Positions 51,394-62,931 of a stretch of 64,000 nucleotides of DNA are shown in pieces. This DNA comes from Candidatus Spongiisociaceae bacterium (lineage in GTDB: Bacteria; Actinomycetota; Acidimicrobiia; Spongiisociales; Spongiisociaceae), in assembly GCA_965262915.1 (NCBI GenBank), contig OZ253564.1:1-64000 (forward strand), given 5' to 3'. Position numbers and translations under genes: made by a program. The notes beneath the pieces were generated by a model, which was not told the origin of the DNA, searched no databases, and worked only from the letters and a program-made list of their open reading frames with translations. Each line of letters starts with the position of its first letter. Position 1 is the first letter of the stretch.

Positions 51394-51705
51394 CTACACA
51401 AAGAAGTTGTCTAACCACCAACCGGGCGGATTGTCGAGGTTGCCGAGCTCGCCGACCACCCAATCGGGTATCGGGCCTGCGAGCAGGTCACTAACAAGGT
51501 CAAAGTGCCCGACGAGAAGATGTACTGCAGCATGCACTGCGGCGGCGTGAACCGGCGGCCTCTTGATCCAGTCACCGAGCAAGTAGACGGGTAATAGGCC
51601 GAAGACACAGTCGGGTTTGTCCTCATAAAGCGTCCTGTAATCGCCGAGGTTGACTACCCCGCTCAACCAATCGGCGATCGGTCTGTCGGTGACCTGCGCC
51701 AGGTA
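51394..51705 (-). pseudogene. 3' fragment of an unknown gene abutting the ISL3 break point
   Basis: Open frame EYLAQVTDRPIADWLSGVVNLG...LDNFFV* begins at the ISL3 truncation. Confidence 0.4.
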
Positions 51706-52423
51706 TTCTGACGTGGAACGGGTCTGCTACTTGGAGGGCGTGGGGCAGCACCCTGTCATACGCCTTCCGATACGAACCGGACATGTCCAACACCGCCCAG
51801 CGGATACCCCCAAGCCAATCCGCCGGTTGTGACCGGAACCAGGCTGCGGCGCTTTCTGCTGTTTTACCAGGGACTATGTCGATCAGCTGGTGGCCCCCAA
51901 CGTCGACGACAGAGGTGCACCAGACTTTGGTGCGCCACCGGCCTTTCCGCCAGAACAACGTCTCGTCGATGCCCACAGCTTGGACCTCGCCTATCCGATC
52001 GGTGTCGGCTTCCAACAGGGCTTCGCCCCAGCGGACGACCTCGTTGTTCACCGTATGCCAATCACAACCCAACTCCGCGGCGACCTCGTCGACCGAACGG
52101 CCCCGCCCACCCACCTGGATGGTCACCCACCGCGCCGCTCGGGATGTCAACAACGCCCGTTGGGGACCAATCGTGGGGTCTTGTTCGATGAACGACCTGA
52201 GCGCACAGTCGGTGTTCGGACACGTCCAGCGCCGTTTCCGCCACCGCAGCCGCACAGGCCGACCGAACGCCGGTAAATCCACCAACACCACCCTCCGATA
52301 GCCCTTCGACCACACCGACCCGCCACATGCCACACACACCGGGCGGGCCTTGCGGGACCCGATCACCACCTTGAACCGCACCGGGTTTTCCGGAGACTCG
52401 ATTAGTTGGGAGATAATGGAGTC

Positions 52424-54815
<2,392 letters not shown>

Positions 54816-55647
54816 CAATATCTGTCCATTCGCTACACGAACCGGCTGGCGGAAGCCGGCATCGAGCCATCGGTCGGCTCGGTTGGGGATTCCTACGATA
54901 ACGCCCTCGCGGAGTCCGTCATTGGTCTGTACAAGACAGAACTCATCCACAAACGCGCTCCGTGGAAGGACCTCGACCAAGTCGAGTACGCCACCCTCGA
55001 ATACGTCGACTGGTTCAACCACCGGCGGCTTCTCGAACCCATCGGAGACATCCCACCAGCAGAAAAGGAGGCCAACTACCATCAACAACAGGAACGAGTC
55101 CAGCTAGCTGGACTCAAGTAAAACACTCTCCGGCAAACCCGGTACGGTTCACCTCAAGAGGTGCACCCTCGCCCGGGTCGTTGATCCCCACCAGATCAAC
55201 CTCACCTAGGCCTACCAACTTCTCGCACATGCGCGCAGGGATCAGCTTCCACAGGGGTCCTCCTGCCTCGGATGTCATTACCAACACCCGATTATGGAGG
55301 ACCCCTCCTCACTTCTGGTGGATTCCAACTCCCCCTGGCAGATCCCCTACTCCCCACTCATTTCCGAAGAGCCACATATCAAGCGTTGTGTAGCTCCCGC
55401 CCCCCTGTCGTCTAAGAACCGGAAACGACCACAAATATAGAACGCCCCTAGGAGTACCCCAGCGGAAGGGCTGTCCGCTGCCCACAGCGGGGAAGGGCAT
55501 GGGTTTGGCTCTTGCGGACACCCGGATGGGGGTGCTCTCCGCCGCTACCGGTCGGCCGGTAACGGCTGATCCTGCTCACCGGTTGTCGGAACCGTGTATC
55601 CGGGAACTGAAGTTATCGTGTCTTTGGGCAAGAGAAAAGGGGGCAGG

Positions 55648-55869
55648 ATGATCCTGCGACGATTCTTCCGCCTGCTGCTGAACAAGAACTGGCAGCCTTC
55701 CGCTTCAACCGTGGACGACTCGCTCGCCAAGACTGCCATGGACGCCCTGGACATACGGAGCGGACCGGGAGCGGGGGGCGCCGCCTTTCCAGGTACCAGC
55801 CAAGCGCACGAACGTATCGCCGAGGGCCACGAGAACTACACCAAGTCGTTCAAGAAGAAAGACAGCTAG
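55648..55869 (+). CDS. Small hypothetical protein
   Basis: Purine-rich RBS, GC3-biased codons, followed by GCAGGGCG/CGCCCTGC hairpin. Confidence 0.55.
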   Translation: MILRRFFRLLLNKNWQPSASTVDDSLAKTAMDALDIRSGPGAGGAAFPGTSQAHERIAEGHENYTKSFKKKDS

Positions 55870-56386
55870 CTAGCCCCGATTCTTCACCGGTTGGCGGTTC
55901 GGGAGTGTAGGCAGGCAGGGCGCCGCCCTGCTTCGCCCCTGCGACCCGTCGAGGGGGCCTCCGGGGTTGCCTGGCCGGTTCACAGGCGTGCTCACCTAGT
56001 CGGCAACAGGGCTCAACAGGGTCAAGGTCCTTCTTGGCTTATAAGGTCTCATGCAGTTCGGTCTGGCTCGACAAGGTGTTTCTCCCTTTCGAAATCGGGG
56101 CTTCTTTCATCGTGCCACTAACAACCCGACGACACCAACCCGAACGAAAGGGAACCCGCCAGTTGCCACCGGTGCCACAGCCACAGCGCCTGAGGCTCCA
56201 CAGCGGAAGGGTGCTCCGTTACCGGTCTTCCATGTCGGGAGGGCTAGCTGACACTGGCGCCGTCTCGTCAAGCCTGCTTACATCCGAACCTGCCCCTCCG
56301 AAGAATCAGGTCGTAGACTTGGGTGAACGGAAAGCACCCGGCCGTCCTGTACGGGGGACGCCGACGGTGGCACGACACGAGGAGTC

Positions 56387-56752
56387 ATGAACATGCTGCG
56401 CGTACCGATGATCATCCTGGCCGTTCTTTATCTTGCCTTCTCAGTATTCACCGCATTGGTGGGGGCCTTCGCCGACGGTGGCACGATTCCCGAGCGTATC
56501 CTCGTGAGCCTCATCCACCCGGCAGCAGCCATCCTGCTCCTCTTGGCGGTCGTCTCCTTTTCGAAGCCCATTTCAACGAGGCGTCGCGGGTTCACCCTGG
56601 TGTTGCTGCTGGTCGCCATCGCAGCAGACCTCGTGCTCGCCGTACTGATAGGCCTGGGTGTGGTAAAAGGTGATTGGTTCCTACCGCTGGTCTTCGCGGT
56701 CGTCCCCGTGATCGGAGTCGCCTACCTGACAGCGGGCGCCAAGACCACCTGA
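56387..56752 (+). CDS. Hypothetical four-helix membrane protein
   Basis: RBS GAGGAG, four hydrophobic segments. Confidence 0.78.
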   Translation: MNMLRVPMIILAVLYLAFSVFTALVGAFADGGTIPERILVSLIHPAAAILLLLAVVSFSKPISTRRRGFTLVLLLVAIAADLVLAVLIGLGVVKGDWFLPLVFAVVPVIGVAYLTAGAKTT

Positions 56753-56886
56753 GAAGCACACCGCCCCCAACTCTTCAAGAGGATGGGGTAGGTAGAGGCA
56801 CGCTTAGCCGAAGCCATGCCAAACTCCCCCCGGAGTCCCCCCAGCGGAAGGGTGCTCCGTTGCCGGTCTTCCTCGAGGCGCTGCCG

Positions 56887-57030
56887 CTACGGTCTCTTGC
56901 GCCATTTGTTAACCCAGCGCCAGGTCTTCACGACCCATCCGCGAAGCGTCGGCAACGCTAGGAGCGCGGTGGCCACCAGCACGCCCCCCGCTGCAGTGAG
57001 CACTCCCCAGATCAGATCAGAGCGTTCCAT
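56887..57030 (-). CDS. 47-aa single-TM peptide with basic, Trp-rich tail
   Basis: GGAG RBS before ATG; MERSDLIWGVLTAAGGVLVATALLALPTLRGWVVKTWRWVNKWRKRP. Confidence 0.55.
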   Translation of the reverse strand: MERSDLIWGVLTAAGGVLVATALLALPTLRGWVVKTWRWVNKWRKRP

Positions 57031-57726
57031 TTTCAACTCCGGTTTGTTTGCCAGACCCAGATCACCACCAACCGAAACGGTCAACTGAGATGAGCAAAGG
57101 ACACCAAGGGCCCCGGCCTCTTATGACACGGATGTGATTCTAGAGATGGCCGTACCGGGCCAGGTCCAGGGTGGGCGGGGCTGAGCCTCGTTAACGGAAG
57201 GGTCCCCCGCTGCCGCCGCCCGGGCGAACAGCGAGGTAACCGGATCCCCCAGCACGCTATGCATGATCACTGCAGGCATCATCGTGCACCTACGGGCAGC
57301 TTTGCCGCAACTGAGTATCCCTATAAGGAGCTCGCACCATCGTCGTAATGAAGTGAGGCCGTCACCGTCAACACCGACGGACAACTTCGCCGAATCCGGG
57401 ATCATCACTACGCCGGCGGCGACCCCGACGGGGACCGTGGCGCCGGCTGTCCTGAGACGCCCAGCCTGCCTAACTCCCCCCAGACGCCCTCCAGGCGGAA
57501 GGGGATGTCCGCTGCCACCAGCAGTGGAAACCCTGGTCAAGGCACGACTCAGGACCGATTCAGGTGCACAAGTCCCACAGGCTGTACCACTGTCCACCGG
57601 AATACCCGACGCAGCCACGGGGCTAGATCGTCTCGACCGTCGTCCATTTACCCATCTTGCATTCGCGGAGGCCGGCCGGGTTCGAAGGGTCAAACCCGGG
57701 CGCGTCACGACTCGAGATGACGCGAC

Positions 57727-57761
57727 ACGGCTTCCCCTGCCCGAGCGGCAGGGGAAGCCGT
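57727..57761 (-). terminator. Perfect 15-bp stem-loop terminator after the SBP gene
   Basis: ACGGCTTCCCCTGCC-cgagc-GGCAGGGGAAGCCGT, 20 bp past the stop. Confidence 0.75.
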
Positions 57762-57780
57762 CTGCGCCTTTCCTCAGGCT

Positions 57781-59079
57781 CTAGCTAGCGATGTCTCCGT
57801 TCGGGCCAACGCCGCTTCCGAGCGGCTGATTGATGAAGTCCACGAGGTCCTGTCTTGCCATGAGATCAGCGAAGACCTTGGCCTCGAGCTCGTAATCGTC
57901 CCAGGTCAGTTCCGGCATGGACGCGAACGCGGCCTGGCCGGGGATTCCGAACCACGTATCAGCGTTCTCGTCGTACAGGAGCGTGGCTGCCTCCTCGAGC
58001 GTGAAGAAGTGATTCAGCTCGGTGAGGATCTGGGTCGTGAGAAGCTCGCCCAGGCTTTCGCCTCCGGTCGCTGCCAGAGCGTCAGCCGTAACGAACTCCC
58101 CGACGATCTCCGGGTAAGCCTCGAGGTACCGGGCAGCCCGGTACCACGCGGCCACCGTCCTCAGCACGGTCTCGTAACAGCAGTCCAGGTAGTCCTGGCT
58201 CACTCCTTCGGTGCTGTACCACAGCGCCCGGCCGCCGAACAGCTCGAGCGGTCCGACCACGACGTACTGCCCGGCAAGCTCCTCTGAGTAGAGCATTCTT
58301 GCCTGCCGGTTCAAGGTCCCCAGGTAGAGATCGAACTCGCCGGCGAGGAACGCCTGCCCGAGGGCATCGCGGTTCGCGGGGCGCGAGATCACGACGTCAT
58401 CGAGGGTGAGGCCTATCTCCTCGAGGAAGATCCGGATGGGCGCCACCGATCCGCCCTCTTGGCGGGGAATGTCCTTGCCGCGGACGAACTCGGCTAGGTC
58501 CGCTTTCGCAGCCTCAACGTCGCCGTTGTTGTCGGCGAGAGCCTGTTCCCAGGTGAGATCTCCGGTGCGGCCGATGACCACGAAGCCCTTGTAGTGGTTG
58601 GTGATCAGGGGCGTGCGATACCCCGGGAACTCCTCCAGCACTGCCTGGTAGCAGAACTGGCACGAGAACAGCCAGTCGACCTCGCCGAGCGCGACCTGCT
58701 GGAACGGGATGTCCACGAACGGGATCAACTCGAACGTCAGGCCGAGCTGCTCCGGAATGCCGATGGCATCTGCGTATGCGAAGAGCCGATCGTCGTAACT
58801 CGGCGTGGTCCCGATGCGAACTACGCCGCCCCGACCGTCGTCGGGTGGCGTGGACAGGTCGTCCATCGGCTCCTCTGCCATCGTCGTGGCCGTCGCATCG
58901 CGCGCCACGGTCGGGATGGCCGCGGTCGTGGCTGGATCCGTGGTCGCTTGGGTTGGCTCGTCGTCCCCGCACGCCGCGGCAACGAGTGCCATGACCGTGA
59001 GGACGGCAACGAGTGGCAATCGGCGGTCCCAGACCCTTCTTCTCTTGGTTCTTCTCTCGGTCGTGGCTCGACGGTCCAT
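57781..59079 (-). CDS. ABC transporter substrate-binding lipoprotein (NitT/TauT/SsuA-like)
   Basis: Lipobox AAAC, Thr-rich linker, GEVD, AFLAGEFD, AWYRAARYL; follows a TauC-like permease. Confidence 0.78.
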   Translation of the reverse strand: MDRRATTERRTKRRRVWDRRLPLVAVLTVMALVAAACGDDEPTQATTDPATTAAIPTVARDATATTMAEEPMDDLSTPPDDGRGGVVRIGTTPSYDDRLFAYADAIGIPEQLGLTFELIPFVDIPFQQVALGEVDWLFSCQFCYQAVLEEFPGYRTPLITNHYKGFVVIGRTGDLTWEQALADNNGDVEAAKADLAEFVRGKDIPRQEGGSVAPIRIFLEEIGLTLDDVVISRPANRDALGQAFLAGEFDLYLGTLNRQARMLYSEELAGQYVVVGPLELFGGRALWYSTEGVSQDYLDCCYETVLRTVAAWYRAARYLEAYPEIVGEFVTADALAATGGESLGELLTTQILTELNHFFTLEEAATLLYDENADTWFGIPGQAAFASMPELTWDDYELEAKVFADLMARQDLVDFINQPLGSGVGPNGDIAS

Positions 59080-59167
59080 AACGTCCTCCCGTCTGTCGGT
59101 GCTGTTTTCTCAGATGCCCCTTGTTCCCGTTTTCTTCCGGCGCTGAAAGCAACTCGCTACACGAGCG

Positions 59168-60073
59168 TCACTGCCGTCCTATCAGTTCACCGGCGATGCC
59201 GGTTCCCTCGCCGCGAGGGCTCCATCTCGTTGCTCTGCGAGTGATCACCCTGATAATGTAGTCGGACACGACCGCCATGAAGGCGAAGATCAAGACGATC
59301 AGGACAACTCCTGCGGTGTCCAGATAGACGTTTCGCACGAGCATGATGTAGCCCAAGCCCTCGCGTGAGCCCATGAACTCGGCCGCGACATCGAGACCCC
59401 ACGCGGACATCACCGCAAATCGGATGGCAGCCAGCATGTGGGGCACGATCGCGGGAATGACGACCGTGCGATAGATGTGGAAGCGGGAAGCCCCGCTCAC
59501 GAGGGCGGCCTTGATGTATATCAGAGGCACGTTGCGGGCCGCCTCGGTGGTGTGGATGGTCAGGATGAGGAAGACTCCCGTCGCGATGAGGGCGATCTGT
59601 GGAGTCTTACCGATCCCGAACCAGAGAATGAACAGCGGAATCAGCGCAAAGAGAGGGATCGGCCTTACGGCATCGGTCGTAAACTCCAACAGGTTCCGAG
59701 CCCACCTGCTGTACCCGAAGGACAATCCGACCCCCAGCCCGAGCACTCCGCCGATCAGCAGGCCCAACCCGACCATCTCCATGGTCGTCAGCCACGCATC
59801 CGGGAGGATCGGCCAGAGCGCGACCAGGATCTTCCGGACCCGCTCCGGTTTCGGGATCACGATCTCGCGGAAGAGATCGAGAGCGCTCACAGCCCACCAC
59901 AGGAGCCCCAGCGACACCGGGAGGACGAACGGCGCGATTTTCCACAGGTTCCACTTCGGCTTGGATCCCGCGGTGGGGCCTTCTTGAGGCCGCGCTTTCC
60001 CGGTGGTCGCGTCGTATGCGCCGCTGTCTGTATCAGGAGACGGCCGGCCTTCGACTTTGACGCGTTCTGACAT
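59168..60073 (-). CDS. ABC transporter permease (SsuC/TauC-like)
   Basis: RPIPLFALIPLFILWFGIG, KAALVSGAS, VAAEFMGS..GLGY. Confidence 0.9.
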   Translation of the reverse strand: MSERVKVEGRPSPDTDSGAYDATTGKARPQEGPTAGSKPKWNLWKIAPFVLPVSLGLLWWAVSALDLFREIVIPKPERVRKILVALWPILPDAWLTTMEMVGLGLLIGGVLGLGVGLSFGYSRWARNLLEFTTDAVRPIPLFALIPLFILWFGIGKTPQIALIATGVFLILTIHTTEAARNVPLIYIKAALVSGASRFHIYRTVVIPAIVPHMLAAIRFAVMSAWGLDVAAEFMGSREGLGYIMLVRNVYLDTAGVVLIVLIFAFMAVVSDYIIRVITRRATRWSPRGEGTGIAGELIGRQ

Positions 60074-60136
60074 GGTGCGCTCTTTCAGCCACGAACGAGG
60101 ACCCGCGTTCTGCGCAGATGTTCGCACCGGCACTAC

Positions 60137-62747
60137 GGGGTGTCAACCCCCTTGACGTGTCGTCGCTCCCCCGAAATGCGGCAGCCGTCCCCCGAAGGGG
60201 TGGAAATCTGGGACGCGCCCTGCCTTAACCCGGTCAACACATCCTCAAGGCCCAACAGTTCCAGACGCTCCTCATCCATCCGGTCCATCAGCCGATCCAG
60301 GGTCTCATCGTCGATCACACGGCGTGAAGGGTGCCTCTATCCAGCAACGTTGTGGGAATTAGTCATTCTCGACGGTGCTGATGATTTGTTCACGCAGATC
60401 TTCGGGCTCGGGTTGGCTGAGGTCCTCGCAAACAACGCGTTGAATGTGTCCCGTGAACGGAAAGGGTGGTTGGTAATCGTCGCCCACTGGTGTCCCATAA
60501 TCCCGACCGACTAGCAACCTCCCTAGTCGAAACTGCACGCGAAGAAGGTCGTCCGAAAGGTCCATGGCGCCCACCTCTCGACCATTCAACGCCAAACTGA
60601 TGGTGTGGTCGTTCACATCCGAGCCCTCGGTGTGCAAGAGCCCAAGCTTGTGTGTGCCTGCTGGAATCCGTTCGCTGGCCACGAGCCGTTCTGGTGTGCC
60701 TTGTAAATTGAAGGTCACGACTAAGTGGCCGTCCAGAAAGTAAAGAGCCCACCCATAGTCGGTGAAATAGTCCATCAATCCAAGCCGCTGAGCGCATATG
60801 ATTCCGGCGGCATTCCGATCTCCCCCTATTTCAATATCGGCAACAAGGCGGAAGCTAGACACAAGAGCGGAAGTAAGGATGGGCCCCCCCCCGGGCAGAT
60901 AAACGTATCGACGCCGACCAACGTACGGAGGCGGCTCCATGGCCGTGGCTTGGTTCGAGTCCCAGAAACCATCCATAAGCGGTAGAACTTGATTTCGGCC
61001 TGCTTCGTACCACCAGAGCTCAACGAGGTGACTCAACCGCCCGGGGTACGTCTCCGCGACGTCATTCGCCTCCGAAAAATCCTCCTCCAGGTTGTATAGC
61101 GACCACCGATCGGACTCGAAGTCATCGCTACCCTCCATGAGTTCGCGCTCGGCTCCAAGCATGCTGCCGACATGATCGGTCGTTGCTTTCCAGCCCTCGT
61201 GGTAGATCGCGCGAGACCCCAACATCTCGAAATACTGGGGAGTCCGTTCTATTCGGGCGTCCACTTCACGGAACGTCGACAGGAGGCTCTCTCCGTCGAG
61301 GGGCTGCTGACCGACACCGTCGAGCACGGCGGGACTGTCGACTCCGGCCACTTCGAGAACCGTCGGCATCAGGTCGATGGCGTGACAGAACTGTTGGCAC
61401 ACATCGCCCTTGTTCTCGGCCGCGATGCCTACCGGCCACCTCACAATGAAGGGAGTTCGAACCCCGCCTAGCCAGCTATATCGCTTCCATAGCCGAAATG
61501 GGGTATTGCCGGCCCAGGCCCACCCCCAAGCGTATTGACTCGCTACGCCTATCCCCCCGAGGTCGTCGATATGACCCACCATGGAGTCGATGTCATCATT
61601 GCCTGGTCGCTGCCCGTAACGGCCAACCATGCCGTGCGGCCCTCCGTCGGCGCTGGCACCGTTGTCGGACAGAAACATCACAAGGGTGTTGTCCGTTACG
61701 CCCATTGCAGCAAGAAACTCCATGAGGCGCCCTATCTGGGCGTCGGCATGTGTGACAAACCCGGCGTACACCTCCATCATACGTGCATAGAGTTGACGTT
61801 CCTTGAAGGGCAGATCCTCCCATGGGGCCACCCAGGAGGGGCGCCCAGTGTCGGTCGTGTCGGGTGGTATAACGCCCAGCTTCTGCTGCCTCAGGAAGGT
61901 GCGAGAACGCGTAGCCTCCCACCCGTCGTCGAACTGTCCACGGTAGGGCTCAATCCAGGTGTCCGAGACTTGGTGAGGTGCGTGAGGAGCCGCAGTGGCA
62001 AAGTACAGGAAGAAAGGCTTGTCGGGTGCTCCTTGCTGTTGATCCTGCACCAGCCGGATTGCCTGAGACGCTAGGTCCTCGGTCAAGTGATAGCCCTCCT
62101 CGGGGGTCAGCGGCGGTTCGACGAACCTGTTGTCGCAGACGAGATGTGGAGTCCACTGATCGGTCAATGCGCCGAGAAAGCCGTAATAGCGCTCGAAGCC
62201 GAGACCGAGGGGCCAATGCTCGAACGGACCTGCTTGATTGCGCTCGAAGCGGGGTGTTAGGTGCCACTTGCCCACCGCAAGAGTGCTATAGCCAGCGTCA
62301 CGCAGCAGCCTAGGAAGGGTTCCTGCAGACCTCGGTATCCGCCCGGTATAGCCGGCGAATCCCATCGGGACCTCGGGACCGATCCCCATACCAACAGCGT
62401 GGTGGTTGCGACCTGTCAAGAGCGAGGCTCTTGTTGGTCCACATAGTGATGTAACGTGAAAACTGTTGTAGCGGAGGCCGTCGTCCGCGAGCAGGTCGAT
62501 GTTGGGAGTGGCGATCTCGGCGCCGTAACATCCGAGCTGTGCAAAACCTAAGTCGTCAAGAACGATCATGACGACGTTCGGAGCATCCATGGGTTGCTTA
62601 ATGATGGAGGTACCCCATGAGATTCTTACAGCGCGCCATGCAGCGACAACCGGATTTGGTCAAGCTCACCTCCAGGATGGTTCCACAAAGGGCGCCGCCG
62701 TGCGAACGACGACCGACGCTTCAGCGTAGCGGGGTTGTTGACACTCC
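60137..62747 (-). mobile_element. IS256-like remnant whose ends bracket the arylsulfatase gene
   Basis: Inward-facing ends GGGGTGTCAAC (60137) and GTTGACACTCC (62747); fragment IDDETLDRLMDRMDEERLELLG.EDVLT at 60318-60230; no target duplication found. Confidence 0.55.
60359..62590 (-). CDS. Arylsulfatase (Cys-type, formylglycine-dependent)
   Basis: PNVV...DDLG, CGPTRASLLTGR, GKWH, PHAPH, SDNG; C-terminal LamG-like extension. Confidence 0.94.
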   Translation of the reverse strand: MDAPNVVMIVLDDLGFAQLGCYGAEIATPNIDLLADDGLRYNSFHVTSLCGPTRASLLTGRNHHAVGMGIGPEVPMGFAGYTGRIPRSAGTLPRLLRDAGYSTLAVGKWHLTPRFERNQAGPFEHWPLGLGFERYYGFLGALTDQWTPHLVCDNRFVEPPLTPEEGYHLTEDLASQAIRLVQDQQQGAPDKPFFLYFATAAPHAPHQVSDTWIEPYRGQFDDGWEATRSRTFLRQQKLGVIPPDTTDTGRPSWVAPWEDLPFKERQLYARMMEVYAGFVTHADAQIGRLMEFLAAMGVTDNTLVMFLSDNGASADGGPHGMVGRYGQRPGNDDIDSMVGHIDDLGGIGVASQYAWGWAWAGNTPFRLWKRYSWLGGVRTPFIVRWPVGIAAENKGDVCQQFCHAIDLMPTVLEVAGVDSPAVLDGVGQQPLDGESLLSTFREVDARIERTPQYFEMLGSRAIYHEGWKATTDHVGSMLGAERELMEGSDDFESDRWSLYNLEEDFSEANDVAETYPGRLSHLVELWWYEAGRNQVLPLMDGFWDSNQATAMEPPPYVGRRRYVYLPGGGPILTSALVSSFRLVADIEIGGDRNAAGIICAQRLGLMDYFTDYGWALYFLDGHLVVTFNLQGTPERLVASERIPAGTHKLGLLHTEGSDVNDHTISLALNGREVGAMDLSDDLLRVQFRLGRLLVGRDYGTPVGDDYQPPFPFTGHIQRVVCEDLSQPEPEDLREQIISTVEND

Positions 62748-62931
62748 GAAGCTCGGGTCGAAGCCCTGTCTAAACGTGAGGCTGAGCCCTCGTTCGAATC
62801 ATGAAGTTCGCACCGGGGCTCAAGGGTGTCGACGGCCTCTTTCCACCGGCAGGTCGCTCACCGCGGCCGGGTGGGCTGAGCCTCTCCACCCGTCTCGACC
62901 AGCAGCGACCTCGGCCACGTACACTCATGAC

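Larger units (their letters stand above)
55460..57514 (+). repeat. Five directly oriented palindromic sites, consensus CAGCGGA-AGGGNNN-TCCGYTG
   Basis: Copies at 55460, 56201, 56842, 57192, 57493; copies 2 and 3 identical over 30 of 31 nt. Confidence 0.8.

Noticed and set aside
55460-55560. Cobalamin riboswitch (GGGAAG-like words)
   Set aside because: No B12-box GCCACTG arrangement and no cobalamin-related gene downstream
55460-57514. CRISPR array or integron attC array
   Set aside because: Spacing is 300-740 bp and irregular, no cas or intI gene is present, and the sites lack RYYYAAC/GTTRRRY ends
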